64,000 nucleotides of DNA from Octopus vulgaris (taxonomy: Eukaryota): contig OX597819.1 in the NCBI GenBank assembly GCA_951406725.2, forward strand, positions 35,216,001 through 35,280,000. Direction: 5' to 3'. Shown here one piece after another: positions 1 through 11,541 of this stretch. The notes beneath the pieces are model-generated. The model was not told the origin of the DNA and did no database searches. It saw only the letters and a program-made list of their open reading frames with translations. Both the position numbers and the translations under genes were made by a program. How positions within the stretch are numbered: position 1 is the first letter of the stretch; each line of letters begins with the position of its first letter.

Positions 1-444
1 CTGTCCCACTTTTGGCATTGTAGACTGTATTGTATTTAAAAAAAACTTTTTATTTGATTTAGATAAATATTGTGAAATGATCACTGAAACAGAAAAATAG
101 TTTATTATTCATTGAAAACACTTGAATGTTCATTCTAGCAGTTTTGTGTCTGTCAGTCATTCTTTTTACAGAACATCAGAATCTTTCTAGTAAGTTTGAC
201 CTGGTAGAAATAGCAGCCACATCACCAACTTATATCCTACCATCTAAAAATTAAAATTAATGGTGTGTTGAATAATGTAGTTTTAGACACTCTGAAAAAA
301 TAAGACAGGATAGTCAAAACTGGAATATCTTTCATCATAGGTTCACTCAGTTGAGGTTGATCTGGAGATAAACAACAAGTTGGACTTGAATTCAGTTACA
401 ATGAAAGGAGTCATTGGTTATTAGAAGCATTGAGCAAATCGATT

Positions 445-856
445 GGATCTTTTCGGTTTAAATGGCAGTCTTTTCTAGCAATGTCATATGAAATTGTCAC
501 CCATAATTATGACCCTAGTATCGATCTATTGCATTTCTATCTGTTTTAGGGTTAGGGGTGGGGGGAAGGGTATCTTTTTTTCTTCACAAATGTAAATAAA
601 CCCAATCTGTTTCTTAAACGAGGGACATATTCATATGGCACAGAATGATTTTTTACCTCAATAGACGTAATTGATTGGTTGAAATTGCAGAAATTGAAGA
701 AAAAAAACAACAAATATCTTACAAACTATAGAATTTTCTCAATAAAGCCAAGAGAAAAAGATGTTTTATAAACACATTCTACCAGTATACGAAGTTTAAC
801 ATTTTTTAGTTATCTAGAAATTATGATAAAAACTGCCGTTCAAACTGAAAAGATCC
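445..856. mobile_element. MITE with ~30-bp terminal inverted repeats, superfamily unassigned
   Basis: Left end GGATCTTTTCGGTTTAAATGGCAG is the near reverse complement of right end CTGCCGTTCAAACTGAAAAGATCC; internal TTAGGGTTAGGG near 546-557; non-coding. Confidence 0.75.
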
Positions 857-953
857 AAATGTGTATTTGTGTGTGGGTGGGTATGTGGGTTGTTTGAGCA
901 GATATGTTACTCCAACTGTTGAGAGGAATCACATAACAGTTTTTTTTCGATAT

Positions 954-1095
954 GCAGAAACTCAAAATGCTCTCAAAAAATTTATCAGTTCCATAAATCC
1001 AGAATTCTATGTTATTGGAATAATTATATTCCAATAACATAGAATTCTGGATTTATGGAACTGATAAATTTTTTGAGAGCATTTTGAGCTTCTGC
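954..1095. repeat. Near-perfect palindrome (69-bp arms, 4-nt loop)
   Basis: 954-1022 is the reverse complement of 1027-1095 with one mismatch; loop ATTA. Confidence 0.95.
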
Positions 1096-1920
1096 TTGGG
1101 TGTTAAAGACCATTTATATTGAGATGCTTGATAAAATGGTAGTCAGTTGGAGAGTAAGCTGTTTTATAATTCACTTTAACCCTTTAGCATTTAAACCAGC
1201 CATATCCGGCCTAAAGTATTCTGCCTGTTTTATGTTCAAACTGGCCAGATCTGGTCTCTCACACCAACCCTACAATATCATCCTAAAAATTAACAGCTAC
1301 CTCATCAAAATCTCATAGCTACAAGATTAATGAATGATTAGTTTAAAACAATGTAGATGAAGAAGCATTAATTTTGGCAGAATAATGCGAACACTAAAGG
1401 GTTAAGACATGTAGTTGGATGCTGTCATGGAGAAGAATTGATTCTTTTCAGACCAAATCTGGATATAAATGTTGCAGTTCTTTGTACAATTTTTAATTTG
1501 CTTGTAACATTTTTTTTCTTTTTGCTGTGTTGATGGTTTTACCAGGATTCAAGTAATAGTGACAACCAACAGGCAATAACAATAATCTTCTTTTGGTGCA
1601 GCTTCAGTGTAGAAAAGTATATTTTAGTGCTTTACCTTGGTCTAGCCACTGTGCAGAATACTAACATTTCTCATAAGGAATTCATTTTTATTGTACAAAA
1701 ATAGTGCAGAACAAACTTATTGTGATATTTAAATTTTTAAAAAAATTTTTTGTTCAGCTTGTACAGCACACATTTGTTAAACTTTTTTGAACTTTTCATG
1801 TGAGGAAAAAGTTTAAAAATAAAAAAAGAAAGTAAAACTTGTATTCTTCTGTAACCTTTTGTGTTATTTTGCATGGATTCTCTTCGGTAACAACCCTCAA
1901 CTGATGTTCTTCTTGTTCTG
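1023..1920 (-). mobile_element. Decayed mariner transposase fragment interrupted by a MITE
   Basis: Minus-strand remnants LLHDS (for LLHDNA, ~1415-1435), LSPTDYHFIKHL (~1120-1157) and QNALKKFISSINPEFYVIGI match the mariner catalytic C-terminus. Confidence 0.6.
1180..1401 (+). mobile_element. piggyBac-type MITE with TTAA target-site duplication
   Basis: TTAA|CCCTTTAG ... CTAAAGGG|TTAA; inverted second copy at 25450-25669. Confidence 0.8.
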
Positions 1921-4755
1921 ACTATGCATATAAACTTCTGTGTTCATATCTGTGTTTGTACATGGTTCTGAATCTGTGTATCCTATATGTAATTATATAT
2001 ATTTGCACATAAACATATCTGTGTTTGTATGGTGTGAAATGTAAAGGTGAAAGTTATACCTTGCTTTAGTGTGGCAATGTGTATGTGTGTGTATATATTC
2101 ATGACTATGTGTATATGTATGAATATATGTCTATGCATATAGAAATGTGTGTGTATATGTATGTGCATATACATATGTATTTATTTATTTGTATATACAC
2201 TTGTATCTATATACCTACGTAAGTGTCTATATAGATGATTGCATGTGAGCATTGGCTGTGTACATATGTGTATGTATGCTTATATAAAATACACAAGTGA
2301 ATGTGTTTGTGTGTGTGAGTGTATATATATATATATACACATACACACACACACACACATATAGACACACACAGGTTCCCTTATATAAACCTATGCGTAT
2401 AAAAAAATTTTTACATACAACTTTGCAAACTGTACGCGTGTGTGTGTTTATGTATAGGTGAAGAGGTTCACTTGCTAACCATGTGGGTTTGGGTTCAGTA
2501 CTGTTGCATGGCATCTATTGTGGCTCCAGGCTGACTAAAGCCTTGTGAGTGGATTTGGAAACTAAAATGATGTAATACCTGACATATAAGTCTTGAAATG
2601 TTAGGCAAATCCTTATAAACAAAAGGTTCATCTCTACAGTAGTTTGTTTCCAGTTCTCCGTGGAAATATGTCTGGTCTGTTTGTTAGACTTGGAAATTAT
2701 TTTATATATCTAGCCCAAGTGGTTTTATTTGTTTATTTGCATCTGTGTGTGTATGTATGGAACTTCAACTGTGTTTGGTGGTCTGCTACCACAACAGCTC
2801 CTTTATTGGACCCAGTTAGCTCAAGACATCATTAGGAGTAATCACATCCGGTTTCAGCCCCTATTCTTCTACCGTTTTGACATGGTGCCCCCCACCCTTC
2901 GGAGGTGTCTTCAGCTCTGGTGTTGGGTGCATGTCTTCTTTCTTCTGTTCCCTGGCCTCTTCGCCAATGAGTGTAGCGTCGAGTGTCAGCAGGCAACTGA
3001 CTGCCTTGTAAAATTTTTTCCCTTTAAATACCTGCTGCTAGGCTCCAGCAGGCAGCCCCAGCAGGTTGTCACGTGACACTGTCTCAACTCTAACTGACCA
3101 ATGAAGGCGCGTAGTCTTAGCCCACGCATTTTCTAAATGACCATCACCTGTCAATCAGTGAAGCTAATTCAGTGTCTCACCTAGTGATGTTATTTTCTGC
3201 CAGCATGTTATGACTTTCAGACCATTTTTGGTCTTCCTGCTTCAGCCATATATAGAAGCTGGGTTTTTCTATCACCTCCTGTACTCCTGTATGTATGTAT
3301 GTGTATATATATATAAGAATTTAGCTGTGGATTCTGCATAAATGACATTGCAGGATGAAATGCACTCTGTCTAAACTTTAGGACATAAGGCAACAACAAA
3401 GTTGGTCTTATTTCTCTGTCGGTGTGTGTATGCCTCATAATGCCAACTATTGCAAATGATAAAGTCTGTCTAAATCCATGTTGACATCAACGAGTGGACA
3501 TATGATTATATATATATATATAATTGTTTCACATCCACCTTCTATAGTGGCATGTGTTGGATGAGTTGTTAAGGTCCAAATCATTTCTTATTTATAATTT
3601 ACTGCTCTTGGGTGACCACATCTTATATGTTTTGTTTCATTTTAGGCTTTGTTCCTACAACTGGCTGCCCTTTCTAAAGATTAACTAATGTATGAAATAC
3701 ACTGGGTACATTTTATTGTGGCACTAGCACTATTAATATTGGTTTCAAACTTTGGAACATGGTCGATATTTTTGGAGAAGGGAATAAGTTGATTACATTG
3801 ACTCCAGTCTTCAACTGATACTTACTTTATTGACCCCGAAAGGATGGAAAGCAAAGCTGATTTTGGTGGAGACAAAATGCTACTAAGCATTTTGTCTAGC
3901 GTACTAACAGTACTGCCAGCTCAACTGCTACTATTAATGTTGCCATGTTCTTAACAAGGCTAAGGAGTCTTGTGAATTACACATTTTTTCTTATCCAGCA
4001 GTTACTTTTGAGAGAGTCTCCTGGGTGGATTTATAATAGTACAGAATCTTGTGAACAGCAGCAAATTTGCTGAGTTATGAGTGAATACGTTGCAGTATTT
4101 GTTCCAATATTTTGTACTCTTAGTTCAAACAATACTTCTTTCATCCTTCTAGGGTTGATAAATAATCCAGCAGTTCAGATCAGTAAATTGGTGGGATTGA
4201 GAGAATATCAAAGAGGGTGTTTTGCAGGATCTGTTCCAGTTCTAGGCGTTCTAATTTCAAATCCTGCTATCTGTCTCTTCAAAAAAGAAAAAATAAAAAA
4301 AAAATAACAAGAAAAAACTGAATAGTGACACATCCATCAGAAGCTGTGATCTGCAGATAACACAGATAATGCCAGCAATATTTTAAAAAATCAATGGAAA
4401 CTTAATTTCCTTGGATTGATCAGATCAGCTGCATCACTAAAATATCTATCTGTCTGTCAGTGTGTGTGTGTGTGTGAGAAATCTCTGTAAATTGAATATG
4501 TCTCCCTTTCAAATCTCTTCTCATATGCTTTTTTTTTTTTTTTTTTGCTTTGTTCCCCTGCATTATATTTCATATTATATATAGCCAGTTATAGCAGGAA
4601 ATAATGGTCATAATGTGTATAGATTTCTTTTTAATTTCAAAACCTTTCCTCTTCCCTAACAAGAGGAAGAATTTTTATGGTGATATCAAAGAGAACAGGA
4701 GGTGTCAATAATTTTCCTGAGCATTTATCTTAACTGTACCACCTTGTTACTTCAG

Positions 4756-4792
4756 ATAAACATGGAGAATATCTGCTTCTCTATGATTCAAG
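4756..4792 (+). CDS. Candidate 37-nt internal exon A of an unidentified plus-strand gene
   Basis: cttgttacttcag acceptor and AAG|gtaggt donor; open in two frames (DKHGEYLLLYDS or INMENICFSMIQ). Confidence 0.5.
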
Positions 4793-5049
4793 GTAGGTAC
4801 ATTTCTTTATCTTCCTGCCATTGTTACTGATGCAATATTTAGTTTTATGTCTTGATTCAGTGGGAAGAGACGTGTTGCATGTTATTGATAATTTCAACCA
4901 GTCATTTAGTCCCTAGTGTAAATTTGTGCTTTAGTGGATTTATCGGTGTGTGTCTATGTAAATGTGTGTGTATATGTATATATGTAAATATATGTAGATA
5001 TATATGTGTGTGTATATATGTATATATAAATATATATATATATATATAA

Positions 5050-5700
5050 GTAAATAAATGGAGTTGAACGAAGATGTTATTAAAATTCTTTTACTTTCGA
5101 CATATGTTTCGAAGACAACACAGTTTTATTGCAAAGGAATAAACGGTGTAAAATGCAATCTTCTCATCAGGAAAGAAAGAGAGCCTATCTCAACAACAAG
5201 ACATTATGACAATTACGATGACTGCCTAAATGATAAACAGAACGTTATTAAGTATTTAAAAAACCGTTTGTAGATTTGACGTCAAAGGCAGATACCTGGA
5301 AGAGAAGGGTTAAAGAAATAATAAGTAGAGAACAAATAAAGAGGGATACATTGGTTGAAAAAATGTTCAAAGGCTTAGAAGTAGATTTCTCTATTGAAGT
5401 AAAGTGTAAGTTAAACTAACTGTTCAAACTATAAAGACTGGCGAAATCACTTATATGAGTCAAAGGTATGTTTCTGCCAGTGTTTACATTTGTAAGATCG
5501 CTCTATAAGTGTGTTAACAAGGTGATTCTTGGAGAAGAGAATATAGAAGAGTTCAGAGTTGCAAATGTTACAAAATCCCTTGCCCTTATCGTAAGGAAAA
5601 GATATGGACAGGATGAACCAATTTAACTTAAAATCTTTATTGTTGTCTTATATAACAATACACACCTATATATGTACCTATGGTTACCAATGACCTCATT
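5050..5700 (-). mobile_element. 3' fragment of a Penelope-like retroelement (GIY-YIG endonuclease C-terminus, probably Naiad-type) plus pLTR
   Basis: Frame 5647-5447 reads DNNKDFKLNWFILSISFPYDKGKGFCNICNSELFYILFSKNHLVNTLIERSYKCKHWQKHTFDSYK*, matching the W..PY..CxxC..E..KCxH PLE endonuclease tail; hammerhead ~270 nt downstream; abuts (TA)n. Confidence 0.75.
5094..5175 (-). ncRNA. Type I hammerhead ribozyme in the 3' region of a Penelope-like element
   Basis: Minus strand reads CUUUC-CUGAUGA-GAAGA-[43 nt]-UCUUC-GAAA-CAUAUG-UC-GAAAG: full core, perfect stems I and II, palindromic stem III, GUC cleavage triplet. Confidence 0.85.
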
Positions 5701-5789
5701 CTAATTGGCAGGAATTGTAAGTTCACTTCCCATTTCTAACACCGTCCTTCACCAAGATAACAACAAAAAAAATAAATAAATAACGACAC

Positions 5790-6072
5790 ATCTTTTTCAA
5801 ATATGATCAACAGTCAAACATTTATTCCCTACAAACTGAGTTTTTTGAAAATCTTTTTTAAAACACATTTACTTACTACCATATATATGGACAGACAATA
5901 CATGCTCATACATACTTACAAATAAATACATACATACAAATACCAGTTGATCTTTTTCAAATACAATCGACAGTCAAACATTTATTCCCTACAAACTGAG
6001 GTTTTTGAAAACACACTTACTACCATATATATAGACAGAATACACATTAATACATACATACATACAAATACC
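5790..6072. repeat. Imperfect tandem duplication (~160 + ~125 bp)
   Basis: ATCTTTTTCAAATA...CAGTCAAACATTTATTCCCTACAAACTGAG...ACATACAAATACC occurs at 5790 and 5950. Confidence 0.85.
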
Positions 6073-6169
6073 TGTCAGTTTATTTATTTGCCCTTTCTTA
6101 TCACCCTTTCTCCCTTCAATTTTACGCATACTTTCCAAGACAATTTCTCTGTACAAGTAACATTCACCC

Positions 6170-7860
6170 TTTGCTGCCGTTGGCATGATATTATTGCCAG
6201 GGTTTTCAGGCAGAAGCTGGCTAATTGATTTAATCAAAAAAAAGGGCAGGTTTTTGGGCCTGTTAGCTGCTACATGTATACTATTCAGTGGTAGAATACA
6301 GGGTTGTCACATGCACACATTTTGGTTTGGCTGGTCACCAAAATAGACCCTACAGTTCTAGATGACATCATTACAGCAGAAATCCAGGACTCCACTGTTG
6401 ACCAGCAGCTGTACGACATTGTGAAGGCACATATGGTGCATGGTCCATACGGTTCTGGCGACGGATATCCACTGTACAGGCAGCGGTGGCCTGAGAATGG
6501 AGGACTCACTATGACGTTACAAGGTCATCAACTTATAATAGACTGGTGGTCCCATACTGTCCAATTGTGATGAAAATTTTCAACGTTCATATAAAAGTGA
6601 AGTTCTGTCATTCAGTAAAGTCAATAAAGTACATATGTTAATATGTTAACAAGGGTACTCACGCTGCCATGTTCAGCCTTCAAAAGGACAATAGCATGAA
6701 TAAGATGTCGCAGTACTTGCCAGGTTGATATATCAGCAGTGGTGAAGCTTTTCAGCGGATATTCGGGTTTCTGCTTCACCAAAGGAACCCGGCCATCATA
6801 CAACTAGCGGTTCATTTGGAAAATGGCCTGCAGGCTTACTTTACTGAACAGACTACTGCACAATTGGCGGCCAATCCAAAAGAAACAACTTTGACTGGTT
6901 TCTTTAGGCTTTGCCAACTTGACACATTTGCCAAAACACTTTTATACCCTCAGGTCCTGTCCTACTATGTGTGGTCAAAGAACACTTGGGTGCATAGGAA
7001 GTCAGGTCAGGATGTTCAAGGACATCCTGGTGTCAAGTTTAACAGTTGTCTAGGAAGAGTGTACACTGTACCTCCCAACCAGCATGAGCATTTTCACCTG
7101 CGCCTTCTCCTCCATGACGTTTTCGGCCCACAAAACTTTGGAGATATAAGAACTGTTGATGGTGAATTGTGTGACACTTTCTGGGAAGCCTACTTCAGGT
7201 GTGGACTTTTCGAGGACGAATCACAATGGGGTGCCACTATGGTGGAGGGCGTTTTGTTAAAATCCCCTAAAAGACTAAGATCGCTTTTCGCTATTCTACT
7301 CCTATGGTGCGACTTGGGTGATCCCGCCTCTTTATGGCTTACCTACAAAGATTACATGTTTGAAGACTTCCTGTGTCAGGCTCAGTTGCTAAATCCGTCA
7401 ATGGAGTGACCAGTACAGTGACCTCATTTACAACAAGGTGCTGCTTGAAATCCAAGATACTGATTTCAATATGAGCAGTAGTGTGTTGGCGGTGTATAGT
7501 CTACCTTCAACAAACTGGGAAGGCGCAAACACACTGTCTTCCGATTTGTTGTGTGACACATGTTATAATGTTGAAGAGCTTTCCCAGTACATAGCAGAGA
7601 ATGAGCCAAAGCTCCTTCCACAACAGAAGTTCACTTACAATCCCGTTATTAATTCTGTCCGGGACAAAGCTGGGGGGGATTTTTTTCCTCGATGCTCTGA
7701 CATATGGTGAGTAGATGCTATTGTATATTTTCAAACTTACCCGTATTTATTTACCCATAATTGATCCCCCTCTTTCCTCCATAAAGCATCTATTGTTTTC
7801 ACAGAGCATGAAGTTTTGTAACAGCACGTCCGCTGTCTTTGGTGGAAAACGAAGAGATAT
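6170..7860 (+). mobile_element. Helitron Rep/helicase pseudogene fragment
   Basis: ARVFRQKL, HUH motif GLSHAHILVWL, HMVHGP, SVKSIKY, GRYISS, VHLENG, TTLTGFF, GRVYTV, LRLLL, ending at GGIFFLDA just before helicase motif I; many stops and frameshifts. Confidence 0.9.
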
Positions 7861-7871
7861 ATATATATATA

Positions 7872-8192
7872 GTGAGGGTGCGTGGCTTAGTGGTTAGGGC
7901 ATTCGGCTCATGATCGTAAGGTTGTGAGTTCGATTCCCGGCGACGCGTTGTGTCCTTGAGCAAGACACTTTATTTCACGTTGCTCCAGTCCACTCAGCTG
8001 GCAAAAATGAGTTGTACTTGTATTTCAAAGGGTCAGCCTTGTCACTCTCTGTGTCACGCTGATTATCCCTGAGAACTACGTTAAGGGTACACGTGTCTGT
8101 GGAATGCTCAGCCATTTGCACGTTAATTTCACGGGCAAGCTGTTCCGTTGATCGTATCAGCTGGGACCCTCGTCGTCGTAACCGGCGGAGTC
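7872..8192 (+). mobile_element. tRNA-derived SINE with CORE-like body
   Basis: A box GTGGCTTAGTGG, B box GTTCGATTCCC, GTGTCCTTGAGCAAGACACTT; relatives at 44132, 50478 and 37640 (minus). Confidence 0.8.
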
Positions 8193-8195
8193 TTT

Positions 8196-8286
<91 letters not shown>

Positions 8287-8374
8287 CATAAATAAATATA
8301 TATGTATATATATATAGATATATAAATAATTATATAGGGATGATATTAAAATACCATCACCAATGGCAAGCAAA

Positions 8375-8674
8375 TTAATAAAATATATGCATACAATATT
8401 AGATATGTACATATATACACAAGGGTACTACATGAGTACCTATATCACTAAAAAATAGAAGTTGAAAAATACTTCTGTACCACTGAATAGTCACAAATCT
8501 ATTACAGACACGATAGGAAAAAATGTCAGTGATATTTCATGTCTGTAATAGATTTGTGAGTATTTGGTGGTACAGAAATATTTCTCGACTGCTATTTTTT
8601 TAGCGATATAGGTACTCATGTAGTACCCTTGTGTATATATGTACACATCTAATATTGTATGTATATATTTTATT
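8375..8674. repeat. Fold-back inverted repeat, ~135-bp arms, ~25-bp spacer
   Basis: CACAAGGGTACTACATGAGTACCTATATC near 8418 versus GATATAGGTACTCATGTAGTACCCTTGTG near 8605; flanked by TA-rich microsatellites. Confidence 0.9.
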
Positions 8675-9513
8675 GATATAGATATATATATGCGTGTGTG
8701 TGTGTGTGTAGATATATTCATATATGTCCACATTTATGTATCAGTTAGTTTTAACCATCAGTATATTTTTGTTTTTAAATTTTGATTATTTTCATTTATT
8801 AGATCACAATTCAAACTATATTTGAATAAAAGGAAAATTTTCAATTAGCTCTTCTTGTAAGCTTTGACAGAAATTTCAATTAGCATAATGCACTTATTTA
8901 GTAATGTTCATTACTTCATTGTTGAAGATGATTAAGACTCAGGATTGGTTTTTATGTCTGGTCTGATTTGATGAAGCCTCTCTAGGTCAAGATTCCCCTT
9001 CTGTATTTAGTTTATATCTTGGAATGTGAGATTCTCAGGTTAGCTTGGAGAAGTATATTTTTCCTTCTGCTTTCTTGCTGTTTGGACATCAGTGTGACTC
9101 AGATGGCCACATTTGTGTCAGTTTTGACTAAGCAGTTCCTGGGTGTTTAATGCAACTATTGGCAGTGTTGATAAAGCTACAAAAATGAACTTAAAATTTA
9201 AGAACATTTTAGAAAAAGTATATCAATGTAATGTTTCATTTTTATATTTGTTTTGCAAGATTCTTGATGTGGAATCATTTGTTGAAAAAGATTTTGTTGC
9301 ATCTCGGGAGGGTCACATGCATTGGCCCATTTCCACTTCTTTGTTATTTGTCATTTGGTTATTTAACAAACTAATTGATTACTTGCTTAATCATTTGGTT
9401 AATCAATCAACCAAACTTTTCAATGTTCTCATAGATGTGATTACATTTTGAGAAATTTTGTCTTGCCAAGTATTAGTACCATATAAATGCTCATTATTTA
9501 CATTTGACGGATA

Positions 9514-9712
9514 TTTAGACACCCATCTAAAAGAACGCACTAGTATACCAATAAGAAACTCAATGGAAATGTTGACTTTCTGCGTAGAAACTACCTACTT
9601 CAGTATGGACACTGATATATATTGACAAGAGAAGGGTTTAGCTAAGGGTTCACTATTATCACTGATAATAGCCAATATATTCATGGAATACTTTGAGAAT
9701 TTGGCTTTAGGA
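9514..9712 (+). mobile_element. Penelope-like reverse transcriptase fragment
   Basis: LKERTSIP..MEMLTFCVETTYFS..IY*QEKGLAKGSLLSLIIANIFMEYFE resembles the PLE motif QxxGxAMGSPLSPxxANIFME. Confidence 0.75.
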
Positions 9713-10572
9713 TATTGGTTAGTAATAATTATCTAATTCACTGTTATTTGGAGTTAAGCTGATGTCACATATTGTAATGAAGACATTAATTATTAGGCTT
9801 TTTTAGGAGTTCCTCTTGCTATGCCAGTAATATTTAAAAAAAAAAAAAAACTAGTGAATATTTCTCATTTTTCACTGCGTTTATTCCAATGGATTTTTGT
9901 CATCATACCTTTGAAAAGTGGTAGTTTTATAGCCATATATTTTCACACCTAAAGTATGTGAAAATACTTATATATGTTTAACTTATATATGTTTATGCTT
10001 TTTGTTTACATCTTTCTTTAAAAGTTCAGTTTGTTTTGTTTTGTTTTTCAAACCACAGTAAAGTGTATTGTACCAGTACTTAATGTGGTGTTTCAGTTTG
10101 TTTCTTTACAATTCCACAATAAGTAATTTTTGGTGAAAGACAATTCTCCTTTTAGACTTGATGCTCAACTAGAATTTCCCCTGAAATCTGGTACTGTACC
10201 TAATAACCCAACATAGTTTTAATGCAAAGAATATACTTTATATCTTTCTTTCTATGTTATTGTTTCATTTATTTAATTTTTTACTTTACCGAATTGTAAT
10301 GTAAGTGCTGTTGTAATTTATACATTTGTTTGGTTTGTTGGCATTTTGAACCTCTCTCCTGCAATGTCTTTCATATTCTGGCAGAAAAAATAGTTTTTAT
10401 GTTAGGAAGTTTGTAAACAACAGAATATTTTATTATAATGATGATTACCTGTTGATGTGTATATATGTAGCCAAAAACAAAGAAAGGCTTTTCTATCACC
10501 CTCTCTAATTGAGTCAGACTCTAAAGATTTTGTGTAGTAATAGTTTTAAGAACAGCACAAAGCTTATTAACG

Positions 10573-10645
10573 TATTGAAACGAGGGATTGAACCACGGGC
10601 CTTTAGATCTTCTGCTGTACACTCTTTCAAATGAGCTATTTTGGC
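10573..10645 (-). pseudogene. tRNA-Phe(GAA) pseudogene
   Basis: Minus strand GCCAAAATAGCTCATTTGAAAGAGTGTACAGCAGAAGATCTAAAGGCCCGTGGTTCAATCCCTCGTTTCAATA is colinear with eukaryotic tRNA-Phe but has stem-breaking substitutions. Confidence 0.8.
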
Positions 10646-11541
10646 TATCTGTAGCAATATATTTACTGTCATTAAAATGAGAAGACTTTGCTAAAGTATA
10701 CTACAGTATACATATTACTGGGTAGAGAAAAACTCAATTCTAAATTTTAAATAATCTAAAATTTAATAGATTTATTTTGTTTTTATACAATTCTTAAATC
10801 TTTTACTTGATTTAAATTTGACTGAAATCTGTACATTGACATAGATAAGAAAACAGATATGCAGCAACTAAGGGAAGTATTCTTCTTAACATCAAAACTT
10901 TTACCCTAGATATGTCAAGGATTGGTAAAAACACACACATAACAATTCAGGTGTTACTCAACCTACCAAAAAAAGCAGCTAAATCTTTAAATCAATGGTA
11001 TATTGAACAAACTAGTAACTGGATTACAAACTAGTGGGTTATCATGACTGAAACACCTTTTTTTCATAGTTCTTCAGCTATCACTGATCTTGCACTTCAT
11101 TTCAACTTCATAAGGGAAGGACCCTGCACAGGCATGTGATTTGCTAGATATAACAGTCAAATTTACCTCAAATTACATCTTACTGTCTTAGGTTAGGAGA
11201 AGATACATTGGAAAATATAGTCCCATATATATATATATTTATATACATACATATATACATACACACATACATATATATATATATATATATCATTGTTATC
11301 ATCATTCCCTTTTCCAAGCTGGCATGGGTTGGATGGTTTGACAAATTGTGTGTGTACGTTACCTTATACTTTTTTCTCTTTTACCTGCTTTTTTAAGTTG
11401 GAAATACTTTCTTGTCTTGTGGGAAACAATAATTTGTTTTCGTATTGAAAACATTATCACACACACACAAAATGTGTATGCAATGCACTTAGTGTCTAAA
11501 TACATATATATATACATGTATGTGTGTGTATATTACATATA

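Noticed and set aside
546-557. Telomere-like TTAGGG repeats
   Set aside because: Only two units, internal to a MITE
2578-2606. Hammerhead-like CCTGAC..GAAATGTTAGG
   Set aside because: Core CUGANGA and stem II cannot be completed
6816-7409. 197-aa ORF as a domesticated host gene
   Set aside because: Open segment of a Helitron otherwise disrupted by stops and frameshifts; no evident splice or start context
7872-7945. tRNA-like A/B boxes in SINE heads (also ~16790, ~46380, 50478)
   Set aside because: Continue into SINE bodies; not tRNA genes
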